A stretch of DNA of 64,000 bases from an uncultured Actinomycetota bacterium (GTDB lineage Bacteria > Actinomycetota > Actinomycetes > Mycobacteriales > Nakamurellaceae), in assembly GCA_963757645.1 (NCBI GenBank), contig CAVWTC010000015.1:93414-157413 (forward strand), read 5' to 3'. The notes beneath the pieces were generated by a model, which was not told where the DNA came from, did not search any database, and saw nothing but the letters and a program-made list of their open reading frames with translations. Below, piece after piece: positions 7,995-23,485 of this stretch. Position numbers and translations under genes: made by a program. The first letter of the stretch is position 1. Each line of letters begins with the position of its first letter.

Positions 7995-9356
7995 TCATCG
8001 ATCGGCGATGAAGACGTTCTTCACCTCGGTGAACGAGTCCAGCGCGTGCGGGCCCAGTTCGCGGCCCAGTCCGGATTGCTTGAAGCCGCCGAACGGGGTC
8101 GAGTACCGCACCGAGGAATGCGAGTTCACCGACAGATTGCCGGACTCGATTCCGCGGCACACCCGCAGCGCCCGACCGAGATTCTCCGTCCAGATGGAAC
8201 CGGACAGCCCGAACCGGGAGTCGTTCGCCAGCCGGACGGCGTCTGCCTCGTCGTCGAAGGGCGTCACCGCCACCACCGGGCCGAAGATCTCCTCCTGCAG
8301 CAATCGGTCCCGGGGATCGTGCGCCAGCACGACCGTCGGACGCATCCAGTAGCCGGGACCATCGGGAGCCGATCCGGTGAAGGCGACGTCGACGTCCCCG
8401 GTCAGGAAGGACGCCACCCGTTCGCGGTGGGCGGCCGAGATCAGCGGTCCCATGTCCGCATCCTCGGCGCTCGGGTCCTTGACCCGCACGGCCTTCACCG
8501 CCGGCTCGAGCAACTCCAGGAAACGGTCATGCACGCTGCGCTGCACCAGGATCCGCGACCGGGCGCAGCAGTCCTGGCCGGCGTTGTCGAACACCCCGGT
8601 GGGCGCCGAGGCGGCCGCCGCGGCCAGGTCGGCGTCGGCGAAGACGACGTTCGCGCTCTTGCCACCCAGTTCCAGGGTCAGCCGCTTGAGCTGTTTCGCG
8701 GCCCCGGTCATGATCGCCCGGCCGACCTCTGTCGAACCGGTGAAGACGATCTTGCGAACCAGTGGATGATCGACGAACCGCTGCCCGACCACGGTGCCCT
8801 TGCCGGGCAGCACCTGGAACACGCCGGACGGAATCCCCGCCTCCAACGCCAGTTCGCCGAGCCGGATAGCCGTCGACGGGGTCAGCTCCGCGGGCTTGAG
8901 AACGACGGTGTTCCCGGCGGCCAACGCCGGCGCGAAGCCCCAGCCCGCGATCGGCATCGGGAAATTCCACGGAACGATGACGCCGACCACGCCCAGCGGC
9001 TCGTGGAAGGTGACGTCGACTCCGCCGGCCACCGGGATCTGGTCGCCGACGTGCCGCTCGACCGCGCCGGCGAAGTACTGCAGAACGTCCCGGACGTTGC
9101 CGGCCTCCCATCGCGCGTTGCCGATCGTGTGCCCGGCGGAGGCGACCTCGAGCTGCGCCAACTGCTCGAGGTCGCCGTCCACCGCGTCGGCGAATCGGCG
9201 CAGCAGCCGCGCCCGGTCCGCGGGCGGCACCGCCCGCCAGGAGTCGAACGCCCGGGCGGCCCGGTCGATCGCGGCATCGGTCTGCTCGGCATCGAAGAGC
9301 GGCACCGTTCCAACCACCGCCTCGGTGGCCGGGTTGATCACCTCGACGCTGCTCAC
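7995..9356 (-). CDS. Aldehyde dehydrogenase (gamma-glutamyl-aldehyde dehydrogenase-like)
   Basis: PWNFP, FTGST, LELGGK, GQDCC, EEIFGPV. GGAGA RBS before GTG. Confidence 0.93.
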   Translation of the reverse strand: MSSVEVINPATEAVVGTVPLFDAEQTDAAIDRAARAFDSWRAVPPADRARLLRRFADAVDGDLEQLAQLEVASAGHTIGNARWEAGNVRDVLQYFAGAVERHVGDQIPVAGGVDVTFHEPLGVVGVIVPWNFPMPIAGWGFAPALAAGNTVVLKPAELTPSTAIRLGELALEAGIPSGVFQVLPGKGTVVGQRFVDHPLVRKIVFTGSTEVGRAIMTGAAKQLKRLTLELGGKSANVVFADADLAAAAASAPTGVFDNAGQDCCARSRILVQRSVHDRFLELLEPAVKAVRVKDPSAEDADMGPLISAAHRERVASFLTGDVDVAFTGSAPDGPGYWMRPTVVLAHDPRDRLLQEEIFGPVVAVTPFDDEADAVRLANDSRFGLSGSIWTENLGRALRVCRGIESGNLSVNSHSSVRYSTPFGGFKQSGLGRELGPHALDSFTEVKNVFIADR

Positions 9357-9396
9357 ATCTTCTCCAGAATCTCGGACCGCCCGGCGAGGCAACGGA

Positions 9397-10761
9397 TCAC
9401 AACCGCTCGAAACCCCGGATCCGTTCCCAGTCGGTCACCGCCGCGTTGAACGCGTCGAGCTCGACCCGGGCAGCATTGGTGTAGTGGTCGACCACCTCGT
9501 CACCGAACGCCTCCCGGGCGATCGCGGAGTTGGTGAACAGGTCCGCCGATTCGGCCAGCGTGGTCGGGACGTGCGCGATGTCCAGCTCGTAGGCGTTGCC
9601 CGTGGTCGGCGGTTCCAGTTCGAGATCGTTGGTCAGGCCGTGGATTCCGGCCGCGATCAGGGCCGACGCGGCCAGGTACTGATTGACGTCACCGCCGGGG
9701 ACCCGCTGCTCGAACCGCAAGCCGGGCCCGTGCCCGACGACGCGCACCGCGCAGGTGCGGTTGTCGTGACCCCAGGCCACCGCCGTGGGTGCGAAAGAGC
9801 CGTTCGCGTAGCGCTTGTAGGAATTGATGTTGGGTGCGAACAGGTAGGTGAGCTCCCGCATCGCCGCCAGTTGCCCGGCGACGAACTTCTGCATGACCGG
9901 ACTCATCCCGTCGCCGTCCGGAACCGGGAAGACCGGGTCGTCGTCGAGCGAGCGCAGGCTCAGGTGGATGTGGCAGGAGTTGCCCTCGCGCTCGTTCACC
10001 TTGGCCATGAAGGTCACCGACATGTCGTGCTGGGCGGCGATCTCCTTGGCGCCGAGCTTGAAGACCGAGTGGTTGTCGCAGGTGGTCAAGGCATCGGCAT
10101 ACTTGAAACCGATCTCCTGCTGGCCGAGATTGCACTCACCCTTTGCGGTCTCGGTGTAGAGGCCGGCCAGGTCCATCTGGTTCCGGATCTGCCGCAAGAG
10201 CGGCTCCACCAGTCCGGTGCCGAACAGCGAGTAGTCGATGTTGTAGTTGTTGGCCGGCTCCAGGGCCGCGTAGCGGCTCTTCCAGAGATCGTTGTAGGAC
10301 GTCTTGTACAGGTTGAATTCCAGTTCGGTCGCCATCAGGGGCGTAAACCCGAGCGCTGCCAACCGCTCCAGCTGACGCCGCAGGATCTGCCGCGGTGATT
10401 GCGGCACGGGTGAGCCATCGAGGAACTGGATGTCGCACAACACCATCGCGGTCGCCGGATGCCAGGGAATCAGCCGCAGTGTGCTCAGGTCGGGATGGAA
10501 GACGAAGTCGCCGTAACCACTGCCCCACGAGGTGATCGCGTAACCCTCGACGGTGTTCATCTCGACGTCGACGCCGAGCAGGTAGCTGCAGCCCTCGGTC
10601 CCGTGCCCCAGCACCTCATCGAGGAAGTAGCGACCGGTGACCCGCTTTCCCTGCAGACGGCCCTGCATGTCGGTCATGGCCACCAGCACGGTGTCGATCG
10701 AACCGTCGCCGATCAATTCCTTGAGCTTGTCGACGGACAGTGGGGCATCGGGCATTGGCAT
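9397..10761 (-). CDS. glnA4: Glutamine synthetase-like gamma-glutamyl-amine ligase (GlnA4-like)
   Basis: DMQGRLQGKR, GNSCHIH, PNINSYKR, DNRT, EQRVPG. Context of ALDH, SDR, GntR and ethanolamine permease. Confidence 0.8.
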   Translation of the reverse strand: MPMPDAPLSVDKLKELIGDGSIDTVLVAMTDMQGRLQGKRVTGRYFLDEVLGHGTEGCSYLLGVDVEMNTVEGYAITSWGSGYGDFVFHPDLSTLRLIPWHPATAMVLCDIQFLDGSPVPQSPRQILRRQLERLAALGFTPLMATELEFNLYKTSYNDLWKSRYAALEPANNYNIDYSLFGTGLVEPLLRQIRNQMDLAGLYTETAKGECNLGQQEIGFKYADALTTCDNHSVFKLGAKEIAAQHDMSVTFMAKVNEREGNSCHIHLSLRSLDDDPVFPVPDGDGMSPVMQKFVAGQLAAMRELTYLFAPNINSYKRYANGSFAPTAVAWGHDNRTCAVRVVGHGPGLRFEQRVPGGDVNQYLAASALIAAGIHGLTNDLELEPPTTGNAYELDIAHVPTTLAESADLFTNSAIAREAFGDEVVDHYTNAARVELDAFNAAVTDWERIRGFERL

Positions 10762-10792
10762 GACCTTCCTCGCCGCGGTGGTTCTGGCCGTA

Positions 10793-10879
10793 ATTGGTCC
10801 ATACTCGTACCGTTGGACATCAGAACCTGCCCGCTGCGCGCTGTCAAGGTCCGACGAAATGGATCGATTCTGAACCATT
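10793..10879. promoter_or_regulatory. Two imperfect palindromes AWTGG-N12-CCRTT; candidate GntR/FadR operators in the divergent glnA4/eat promoter
   Basis: ATTGG-N12-CCGTT at 10793-10814 and AATGGATCGATTCTGAACCATT at 10858-10879. Confidence 0.6.
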
Positions 10880-10984
10880 GACCGGCGATGATCACGGGCC
10901 GATACTTGCCACGCCGCATCTCGTGCCGGCGACACCCGACGCCCTCGGCGCGGTTGTCCCGCTTGCTCAGCTGGGAGGTACCCC

Positions 10985-12448
10985 GTGACCGAACCGCACA
11001 ATCGCTCCCGACGTGTCGAATACCAGTCGGTCGGTGACGAATACCTCGAAAAGCGTCAGCTGAAGACCGGAGCCGCCGGCTGGGTGCTGCTGGCCGGCCT
11101 CGGCATCGCCTACGTCATCTCCGGCGACTTCTCCGGCTGGAACCTGGGGCTGGCCGAGGGCGGCTGGGGCGGACTGCTCATCGCATTCGTGCTGATGGGG
11201 ATCATGTACACCTGCATGGTGTTCGGCCTGGCCGAGATGTCCTCGGCAATGCCGGTGGCCGGCGCGGGATACGGGTTCGCCCGCCGCGCCATGGGACCGC
11301 TCGGCGGGTTCGCCACCGGCATCGCGGTGCTGATCGAGTACGCAGTTGCGCCGGCCGCCATCGCGACCTTCGTCGCCGGATACGTTCAGGGACTGGGGTT
11401 CCTGACGGACGTGCACCCGTGGCCGATCATGTTGGCCTGCTACCTGATCTTCGTCGGAGTCCATCTGTGGAGCGTCGGCGAGGCGCTGAAGTTGATGTTC
11501 GGCATCACCGCCATCGCGGCCATCGCATTGATCGTCTGGATGGTCGGCATGGTCTCGAAGTTCGACTGGGCCAACCTTTTCGATATCCCGGTCGAGTCGG
11601 GCGCTGCGGGCGCGAGTTCGTTCCTGCCGTTCGGTGTCACCGGCGCGGTGGCCGCCCTGGTGTACGGAATTTGGTTCTTCCTTGCGGTGGAAGGGGTTCC
11701 GCTGGCCGCCGAAGAGGCGAACAACCCGAAGAAGGACCTGCCGCGCGGCATCATCGTGGCGATTTGCGTGCTGCTGGTGTTCGGCGCGGGCGTGTTGTTG
11801 CTCGGACCCGGAGCCGCGGGCTCGTCGGCGCTGCAGGCTTCCGGCAACCCGCTGCCGGAGGCCGCCCGGATCGCGCACGGCGAGGACAGCCTGCTGGCGA
11901 CCTTCGTCAACTGGGTCGGACTGCTCGGCCTGATCGCCAGTTTCTTCTCGATCGTCTACGCCTACTCCCGGCAACTGTTCGCGCTGTCCCGAGCCGGTTA
12001 CCTGCCCAAGGTGCTGTCCGTGACCAGTCGGCGGAAGACGCCCTACCTGGCGCTGATCGTCCCGGGAACCATCGGTTTCCTCCTGGCCGTCGCGCTCTAC
12101 GACCCGGATGCCCCCGGCGCGCTGCTGATCAACATCGCCGTGTTCGGCGCGACAGTGTCGTACTGCCTGATGAATCTGTCGCACATCGTGCTGCGCAGGC
12201 GTGAGCCGGAGCTGGAACGGCCGTACCGGACCCCGGGGGGGGTCGTCACCACCGGAATCGCGCTGGCGCTGTCGGTTGTCGCGGTGCTGGCCACCTTCTT
12301 CGTCGACATTCTGGCGGCCGGGATCACCGCAGCGCTGTTCGTCGCCTTCCTGGCCTACTTCTGGTTCTACTCCCGGCACCACCTGGTCGGCGGTGCCCCC
12401 GAGGAGGAGTTCGCGGCGATCAAGGCGGCGGAGAAAGAGATCTCCTGA
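10985..12448 (+). CDS. eat: Ethanolamine permease (APC family)
   Basis: YVISGDFSGWNLGL, WFFLAVEG, RPYRTPGG, APEEEF; multi-pass membrane protein; GGGAGG RBS. Confidence 0.88.
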   Translation: MTEPHNRSRRVEYQSVGDEYLEKRQLKTGAAGWVLLAGLGIAYVISGDFSGWNLGLAEGGWGGLLIAFVLMGIMYTCMVFGLAEMSSAMPVAGAGYGFARRAMGPLGGFATGIAVLIEYAVAPAAIATFVAGYVQGLGFLTDVHPWPIMLACYLIFVGVHLWSVGEALKLMFGITAIAAIALIVWMVGMVSKFDWANLFDIPVESGAAGASSFLPFGVTGAVAALVYGIWFFLAVEGVPLAAEEANNPKKDLPRGIIVAICVLLVFGAGVLLLGPGAAGSSALQASGNPLPEAARIAHGEDSLLATFVNWVGLLGLIASFFSIVYAYSRQLFALSRAGYLPKVLSVTSRRKTPYLALIVPGTIGFLLAVALYDPDAPGALLINIAVFGATVSYCLMNLSHIVLRRREPELERPYRTPGGVVTTGIALALSVVAVLATFFVDILAAGITAALFVAFLAYFWFYSRHHLVGGAPEEEFAAIKAAEKEIS

Positions 12449-12469
12449 CCCACGACCATTCCCGCGGCG

Positions 12470-13387
12470 TCAGCGCAGCCGGACCAGCCCCTCCTGCACC
12501 ACGGTGGCCAGCATCCGGCCGTCCTGGGCGAAGAAGTGCCCCATGCCCAGGCCGCGGGCCCCGGAGGCACTGGGCGAGCTGACGTCGTAGAGCACCCAGT
12601 CGTCCACCCGGAACGGCCGGTGGAACCACATGGCGTGGTCCAGCGACGCCATCTGCAAACGGTCGAATTCGGCCGACAGCGCATGCGTGGCCAGCACCGA
12701 GTACAGCAACGTCAGGTCGGACAGGTACGCCAGGATGCAGACGTGCAGCAGTTCGTCGTCGGGCAGCACGCCGTCGGTGCGGAACCACATCCTGTTGCGG
12801 GCCTGCGTTTGCGGGCCGGACAGCCGGGACACCCACGGCGGGTCGTCGACGTAGCGGATGTCGAACGGCCGGGGGATCCGCCCCCACACCGCCATCCGCT
12901 CCTTGATCGGCGCGATCCGCTCCGCGTACCCGGCGAGCTCCTCGGGGGCCGGAACCACCGGCATCGGGACGGCGTGATCCACCCCGGGTTCGTCGGCCTG
13001 GAAGGACGCCGACATGGTGAAGATCGGCTTCCCGTTCTGCACCGCCACCACCCGGCGGGTGGTGAACGACATGCCGTCCCGGGTCCGGTCGACCTGGTAC
13101 ACGATCGGCTGGTTCGGGCTACCTGGACGCACGAAATAGGCGTGCAGCGAATGAACCCGGCGGTCCGCCGGTGCGGTGCGGCCGGCGGCGATCAACGCCT
13201 GCGCGGCCACCTGTCCGCCGAACACCCTGGTCGGCGAGACCTCCGGAGACACCCCGCGGTAGAGGTTGTCCTCCAGTCGCTCCAGGTCGAGCAACGCCAC
13301 CAGAGCGTCGACCACCGCCTGACCGCGCGGCACGCCGTCGATGTCGAGCTGAGCGGACGTCTGCCGCAGGCCGGTCGCATCATTCAC
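12470..13387 (-). CDS. tesB: Acyl-CoA thioesterase II
   Basis: RVFGGQV, HSLHAYF, ASLDHAMWFHRP, QEGL. Leaderless-type TACGGT before GTG. Confidence 0.93.
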   Translation of the reverse strand: MNDATGLRQTSAQLDIDGVPRGQAVVDALVALLDLERLEDNLYRGVSPEVSPTRVFGGQVAAQALIAAGRTAPADRRVHSLHAYFVRPGSPNQPIVYQVDRTRDGMSFTTRRVVAVQNGKPIFTMSASFQADEPGVDHAVPMPVVPAPEELAGYAERIAPIKERMAVWGRIPRPFDIRYVDDPPWVSRLSGPQTQARNRMWFRTDGVLPDDELLHVCILAYLSDLTLLYSVLATHALSAEFDRLQMASLDHAMWFHRPFRVDDWVLYDVSSPSASGARGLGMGHFFAQDGRMLATVVQEGLVRLR

Positions 13388-13525
13388 GCCGCCCACCGTA
13401 ACCGCCGGGCGAACCGGTTCCGCACGGCCCAGCAGCCGATGCACCCTCAGCCGCTGGACCTCCGCGCACCGCCACCGCGCCAGGCGCCCGTCCCGGCCGG
13501 ATCCGATCCGACCGGTCCGCAGTCG

Positions 13526-14950
13526 TCAGTCCCGGTGGCCCAGCCGGTGCACCCTGATCAGGTTCGTCGAGCCCGAGGTGTTCGGCGGCGAGCCGGCGAC
13601 GATGATCACCGTGTCGCCCTTGGAGTAGCCCGGCACCTTGAGCAGCCCGACGTCGACCTGCTCCACCATCTGGTCGGTGTTCTCCACCGCCGGGGTGACG
13701 AAGGTCCGCACGCCCCAGGTCAGCGACAGCTGGTTGCGGGTCTCCTCGATCGGGGTGAAGGCCAGCAGCGGCAGCGGGGTGTGCAGCCGGGCCAACCGCC
13801 GGACCGTGTCCCCGGACTGGGTGAAGGCCACCAGGGCCTTGGCCTCGAGCCGCTCGCCGATGTCCCGGGCGGCGTAGGACAGCACGCCCCGCTTGGTCCG
13901 CGGCACGTGGGTCAGCGGCGGCACGGCCACCGACTCGGCCTCGACCGCTTCGATGATCTTGGCCATCGTCTTCACCGCGATGATCGGGTACTTGCCGACC
14001 GAGGTCTCACCGGAGAGCATCAGCGCGTCGGCGCCGTCGAGCACCGCGTTCGCGACGTCGGAGGCCTCCGCCCGGGTCGGCCGGGAGTGCTCGATCATCG
14101 AGTCCAGCATCTGGGTGGCGACGATCACCGGACGGGCGTTCTCCCGGGCGATCTGCACCGCCCGCTTCTGTACCAGCGGCACCTGCTCCAGCGGCAGCTC
14201 CACACCCAGGTCCCCGCGGGCGACCATCACGCCGTCGAAGGCCAGCACGATCGCCTCGAGGTTGGCAACCGCCTCGGGCTTCTCCAGCTTCGCGATCACC
14301 GGCAACCGGGGCACCCCGACCTCGTCCATCACCTTGTGCACGAGTTCGACGTCCGCCGGCGAGCGCACGAAGGACAGCGCGATGACGTCGACGCCCAACG
14401 ACAGCGCGAACTGCAGGTCGTCGACGTCCTTCTGGCTCATCGCCGGAACGGACACGTTCATCCCGGGCAGCGAGATGCCCTTGTTGTTCGAGACCGGGCC
14501 GCCCTCGGTGACCGAGCAGAACACGTCGTTGTCCTGGACCTGGGTGACGACCAGGCCGACCTTTCCGTCGTCGATCAACAGCCGGTCGCCGGGTCGGGCG
14601 TCCTGGGCCAGTCCCTTGTAGGTGGTGGACACCCGATCCCGGGTCCCGACGATGTCATCGACGGTGATCGTGACGTTCTCCCCGGTGTTCCACTCGTGCG
14701 GGCCGTCGGAGAACCGGCCGAGGCGGATCTTCGGGCCCTGCAGGTCGGCCAGCACCGCCAGCGCCTTGCCCGATGCGTGGGCGGCGGCGCGGAGCCGGTC
14801 GTAGATGACCTTGTGGTCGGCGTAGTCGCCGTGACTGAAGTTCATCCGGGCGACGTTCATTCCGGCGTCCAGAAGGGCAGCGATGCCCTCTTCGGACGAC
14901 GTCGCCGGTCCCATGGTGCACACGATCTTTGCGCGGCGGTTCGAAGGCAT
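13526..14950 (-). CDS. pyk: Pyruvate kinase
   Basis: RRAKIVCTMGP, RMNFSHG, DLQGPKIR, MVARGDLG, MLSGET. Confidence 0.97.
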   Translation of the reverse strand: MPSNRRAKIVCTMGPATSSEEGIAALLDAGMNVARMNFSHGDYADHKVIYDRLRAAAHASGKALAVLADLQGPKIRLGRFSDGPHEWNTGENVTITVDDIVGTRDRVSTTYKGLAQDARPGDRLLIDDGKVGLVVTQVQDNDVFCSVTEGGPVSNNKGISLPGMNVSVPAMSQKDVDDLQFALSLGVDVIALSFVRSPADVELVHKVMDEVGVPRLPVIAKLEKPEAVANLEAIVLAFDGVMVARGDLGVELPLEQVPLVQKRAVQIARENARPVIVATQMLDSMIEHSRPTRAEASDVANAVLDGADALMLSGETSVGKYPIIAVKTMAKIIEAVEAESVAVPPLTHVPRTKRGVLSYAARDIGERLEAKALVAFTQSGDTVRRLARLHTPLPLLAFTPIEETRNQLSLTWGVRTFVTPAVENTDQMVEQVDVGLLKVPGYSKGDTVIIVAGSPPNTSGSTNLIRVHRLGHRD

Positions 14951-15067
14951 GGCCGCTACTTTAGCCGCCATCTGAACCGATTCTGCGGTCGCCCTCACAT
15001 CATCATCACGAGCCGGTAACGAAGATCACTCCGGATCACCCCAGCCGACACGGACCGCAAACAGCCG

Positions 15068-16511
15068 CTAGCGGAGGGCTACCGCCGTCGGTTCCAGCGG
15101 ATCGGGCAGGAACGACGAACCGGCCAGGTAGGCATCGACACCGGCCGCAGCCGAGCGACCCTCCGCGATAGCCCACACGATCAGCGACTGCCCGCGGCCC
15201 GCATCACCGGCGACGAAGACCCCTGGCACGCTCGTCATGTAGTTCTCGTCCCGCACGATCGTGCCGCGCGCCGACATCGTCACGCCCAGTCCGTCGAGCA
15301 GGCCCTCCCGCTCGGGACCCACGAAGCCAAGGGCGATCAGCACCAGGTCGGCGTCGATGTGCGTGTCGGTGCCCTCGGTCGGGATGAAGCCCCCCGGAAT
15401 CCGCTGACCCTCGATCAGGTGCAGGCCGGTGACGTGACCGTCCCTGCCCTCGATCGAGGTCGAGTTCACGCCGAACACCCGCTCTCCGCCCTCCTCGTGC
15501 GCCGCCGAGATGCGCAGCATGAGCGGGTACGTCGGCCACGGGGTCGACGGGTCGCGGGTGGTCGGGGGCTGGACGTGGATGTCGAGCTGGGTCACCGACG
15601 CAGCCTGCTGCCGCAGGGCCGTGCCGTAGCAGTCGGCACCGGTGTCGCCGCCGCCGATGATGATGACGTTCTTGCCCTCGGCCGAGATGTCGACCGATTC
15701 CCTGCTGCCCTCCAGGACCTGGTTCTGCTGCACCAGGTAGTCCATCGCCAGGTGCACGCCCTCGAGGTGCCGGCCGTCGACGGTGAGCTCGCGCGGAACG
15801 GTGGACCCGGTGGCGATCACCACCGCGTCGAAGTCGGACTGCAACTGCTCGACGGTGACGTCGACACCGACGGCGCAGTCGACGACGAAGGTGACACCCT
15901 CGGCCTCCATCTGGCCTAGCCGGCGGTCGAGCACGCCGCGGGCCATCTTGAACTCGGGGATGCCGTAGCGCATCAGGCCGCCGATCCGGGCGTCCCGCTC
16001 GTAGACGGTGACGGCATGCCCGGCGCGAGCGAGCTGCTGTGCGGCCGCCAGGCCGGCCGGCCCGGAGCCGACGACGGCGACGGAGCGGCCCGTCGACAGC
16101 TCGGGCGGCCGCGGGGTCAGCCCGTAGCCGTCGGCGATGGCGTGGTCGGCGATCTCCTGCTCGACCAGCTTGATCGCGACCGGCTCGTCACCGATGCCCA
16201 GCACGCAGGCCGCCTCGCACGGCGCGGGGCACAGCCGCCCGGTGAACTCGGGGAAGTTGTTGGTGGCGTGCAGCCGGTCGGAGGCCTCTTCCCACTTGCC
16301 GGTGCGCACCAGGTCGTTCCACTCGGGGATGATGTTGCCCAGCGGACAACCCTGGTGGCAGAACGGGATGCCGCAGTCCATGCAGCGCGCGGCCTGCATC
16401 CTGGTGTCCTGGTCGGCGAACGGTTCGTAGACCTCGCCCCAATCCCGCAGCCGCAGCGGGACCGGCCGGCGGGGCGGTCCCTGCCGCTGGTACTTCAGGA
16501 AGCCGCTGGGA

Positions 16512-16519
<8 letters not shown>
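15068..16519 (-). CDS. gltD: Glutamate synthase small subunit
   Basis: [31 protein letters not shown]. Confidence 0.97.
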
Positions 16520-21095
<4,576 letters not shown>

Positions 21096-21491
21096 GGCAG
21101 ACCTCCCGTCAGTAGGGAACCGGACCGGCGACGTCACCGCCGGGCGGCGCCGTGCTCGGTGGAGACATCACATCGAGAACCGGGTCTTGCTGAAATCGGT
21201 GCGAGCACCTGTTCGATCTGGTGCGGTGATCTGGTCCGCTGATCTGGTGCGCGGTGCGGCGCGAGGGACTGCGGGGCCGTCCGTGGCATCGGTGAGCCAC
21301 CGGGCCCGAGGCGGGCCATGGCCGACCGCGGGATCGCCGCCCATCGTCTCCGGAACCCGCGCTCGATGATCATGACGATCACCGGGACGACAATGGCCCA
21401 GCGCGGTCTCAAAGTTACCGCACCCCGGACGCGGATGAGTACCCGCCGATCGGCACGGGAAAGTGGGCCGGGACACGTCGGCCCGGCGTAC

Positions 21492-22643
21492 TCAGTCCGG
21501 TGTCGGGCGTTCACCCGGCCGGGCGCCCGATCCGGTCCACTCCGGGTTCGCCGGCGGCCCGATCGGCTCCGCGGGGTGACGAACGGCGCCGCTGCCGACG
21601 CCGGACGGCTCGTCCTGCCCCCCGGTGGCGGGATCGGAGTCCGTGTCCCCCGTTCCGCCGGCGATCGATGCATCACCGCTGGTCGCCGGACCGCCCGGAG
21701 GCTCCTCCGCGGTGGCGGCGCCGCGCCGACCGGGCCGGTCCGGTCCCCACACCAGGGCGGGATCCTCCCGGCCGACGTGCCGCCGCAGTACCAGGAACGC
21801 CACCGCACCGGCGAACACGATCACCGAGGTGAAGACGTTGATCCGCAGCCCGAGGATGTGGTTCGCCGGATCGATCCGCAGCATCTCGATCCAGGTCCGG
21901 CCCAGGGTGTACCCGGCGACGTACAAGGCGAACGCGCGGCCGCCGCCGAGCCGGTACCGGCGGTCCGCCCAGACGACGACCGCGGCCACCGCCAGGTTCC
22001 ACAGGATCTCGTACAGGAACGTCGGCTGGTAGACCCCGCAGAGCACCTCGGGGGCGGCCTTGACGTAGTCGGTCGGGAACTCACAGGTGCCGGTGGTGGG
22101 CACCGCACCCGGCACTCCCCCCGGGGTCCGGACGAACACCTCCAGACCCCACGGCATGCTGGTTGCCGCGCCGAACAATTCCTGGTTGAAGTAGTTGCCC
22201 AGCCGGCCGATCGCCTGCGCGAGGACGATGCCCGGCGCGATGGAATCGGCGTAGGCCGCGAGCGGGACCTTGTAGTATCGGCAGCCGATCCAGGCGCCGA
22301 CGGCCCCCAGGGAGATCGCGCCCCAGATACCGAGCCCACCGTTCCAGATCGCAAAGGCGTTCCAGGGGTTGCGACCCTCGCCGAAGTAGAGCTGATTGTC
22401 GGTGATGACGTGGTAGATCCGGCCGCCGACGATGCCGAACGGAACGGCGAAGACGGAGATGTCGGTGACCCGCCCGGGTCGCCCGCCGCGGGCCACGAAG
22501 CGCTTGTTCCCCCACCAGACGGCCACGACGATGCCGATGATGATGCAGATGGCATACGCCCGCAGGGCGATCGGCCCGACGTACCAGACCCCTTGCGGCG
22601 GTGAGGGAATGGTCGCCAGTTGCGCGGCCAGCAACTGGCTCAC
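21492..22643 (-). CDS. lgt: Prolipoprotein diacylglyceryl transferase
   Basis: GGRIYHV, GGLGIWG, IGRLGNYFNQELFG, PTFLYE; disordered acidic tail. Confidence 0.95.
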   Translation of the reverse strand: MSQLLAAQLATIPSPPQGVWYVGPIALRAYAICIIIGIVVAVWWGNKRFVARGGRPGRVTDISVFAVPFGIVGGRIYHVITDNQLYFGEGRNPWNAFAIWNGGLGIWGAISLGAVGAWIGCRYYKVPLAAYADSIAPGIVLAQAIGRLGNYFNQELFGAATSMPWGLEVFVRTPGGVPGAVPTTGTCEFPTDYVKAAPEVLCGVYQPTFLYEILWNLAVAAVVVWADRRYRLGGGRAFALYVAGYTLGRTWIEMLRIDPANHILGLRINVFTSVIVFAGAVAFLVLRRHVGREDPALVWGPDRPGRRGAATAEEPPGGPATSGDASIAGGTGDTDSDPATGGQDEPSGVGSGAVRHPAEPIGPPANPEWTGSGARPGERPTPD

Positions 22644-23485
22644 CGGCTGCCTGCCCGGACCGGCGCCGTCGACCCCCGGCCGGCGGAGGCCGCACCCGCG
22701 TTGGTGGCACTGCGGATCCCGGCGATCAATTCCCCGGCGAGCTCTGCCGCGGCGTCGGGGCCACCCCGCTCGGCCGCGCTGACGAAGGCGGAGCCGACGA
22801 TCACCGCGTCGGCGAAGCCGGCGATCTCCGCTGCCTGCTCACCGGTGCGCACCCCGAGCCCCACCCCGATCGGCAGGCCGGTGATCTCCCGGCAGCGGGC
22901 GACCAGTTCCGGCGCGGCGGCGGAGACGGTGTTCCGGGCGCCGGTGACGCCCATCGTCGAGGCGGCGTAGAGGAAGCCGCGGGTGGCCGTCGCCGTTCTG
23001 GCGATCCGCTCCGCCGACGAGGACGGCGCGACCAGGAAGATCGGGTCCAGCTGCTCGCGGTGGACGGCGTCCAGCCAGGGGGCGGCCTCGTCCACGATCA
23101 GGTCGGGCGTGATGACCCCCGCGCCGCCGGCAGCGGCGAGGTCCCGGGCGAAGGCGTCCACCCCGTAGGCGAGGATCGGGTTGAAGTACGACATCACCAC
23201 GGCCCGCCCACCGGCCGCGGTCACGCTCTGCACCACGGTGAAGACGTCCCGCACCCGGAAACCGTCCTCCAGCGCGGTCTGCGCGGCGAGCTGGATGACG
23301 GGCCCGTCGAGCACCGGGTCGGAGAACGGCAGCCCGACCTCGACCAGGTCGCAGCCGCCCTCGATCATCGCCGCCAGCAACTCGGCGGATCCGGCGACGG
23401 TCGGGTAGCCGGCCGGCAGGTAGCCGACCAGCGCGGACCGGCCCTCCGCCTTCAGGTCGGCGAACATCTGCTCCAGTGCGCTCAT
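22640..23485 (-). CDS. trpA: Tryptophan synthase alpha chain
   Basis: [26 protein letters not shown]. Confidence 0.97.
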   Translation of the reverse strand: MSALEQMFADLKAEGRSALVGYLPAGYPTVAGSAELLAAMIEGGCDLVEVGLPFSDPVLDGPVIQLAAQTALEDGFRVRDVFTVVQSVTAAGGRAVVMSYFNPILAYGVDAFARDLAAAGGAGVITPDLIVDEAAPWLDAVHREQLDPIFLVAPSSSAERIARTATATRGFLYAASTMGVTGARNTVSAAAPELVARCREITGLPIGVGLGVRTGEQAAEIAGFADAVIVGSAFVSAAERGGPDAAAELAGELIAGIRSATNAGAASAGRGSTAPVRAGSR

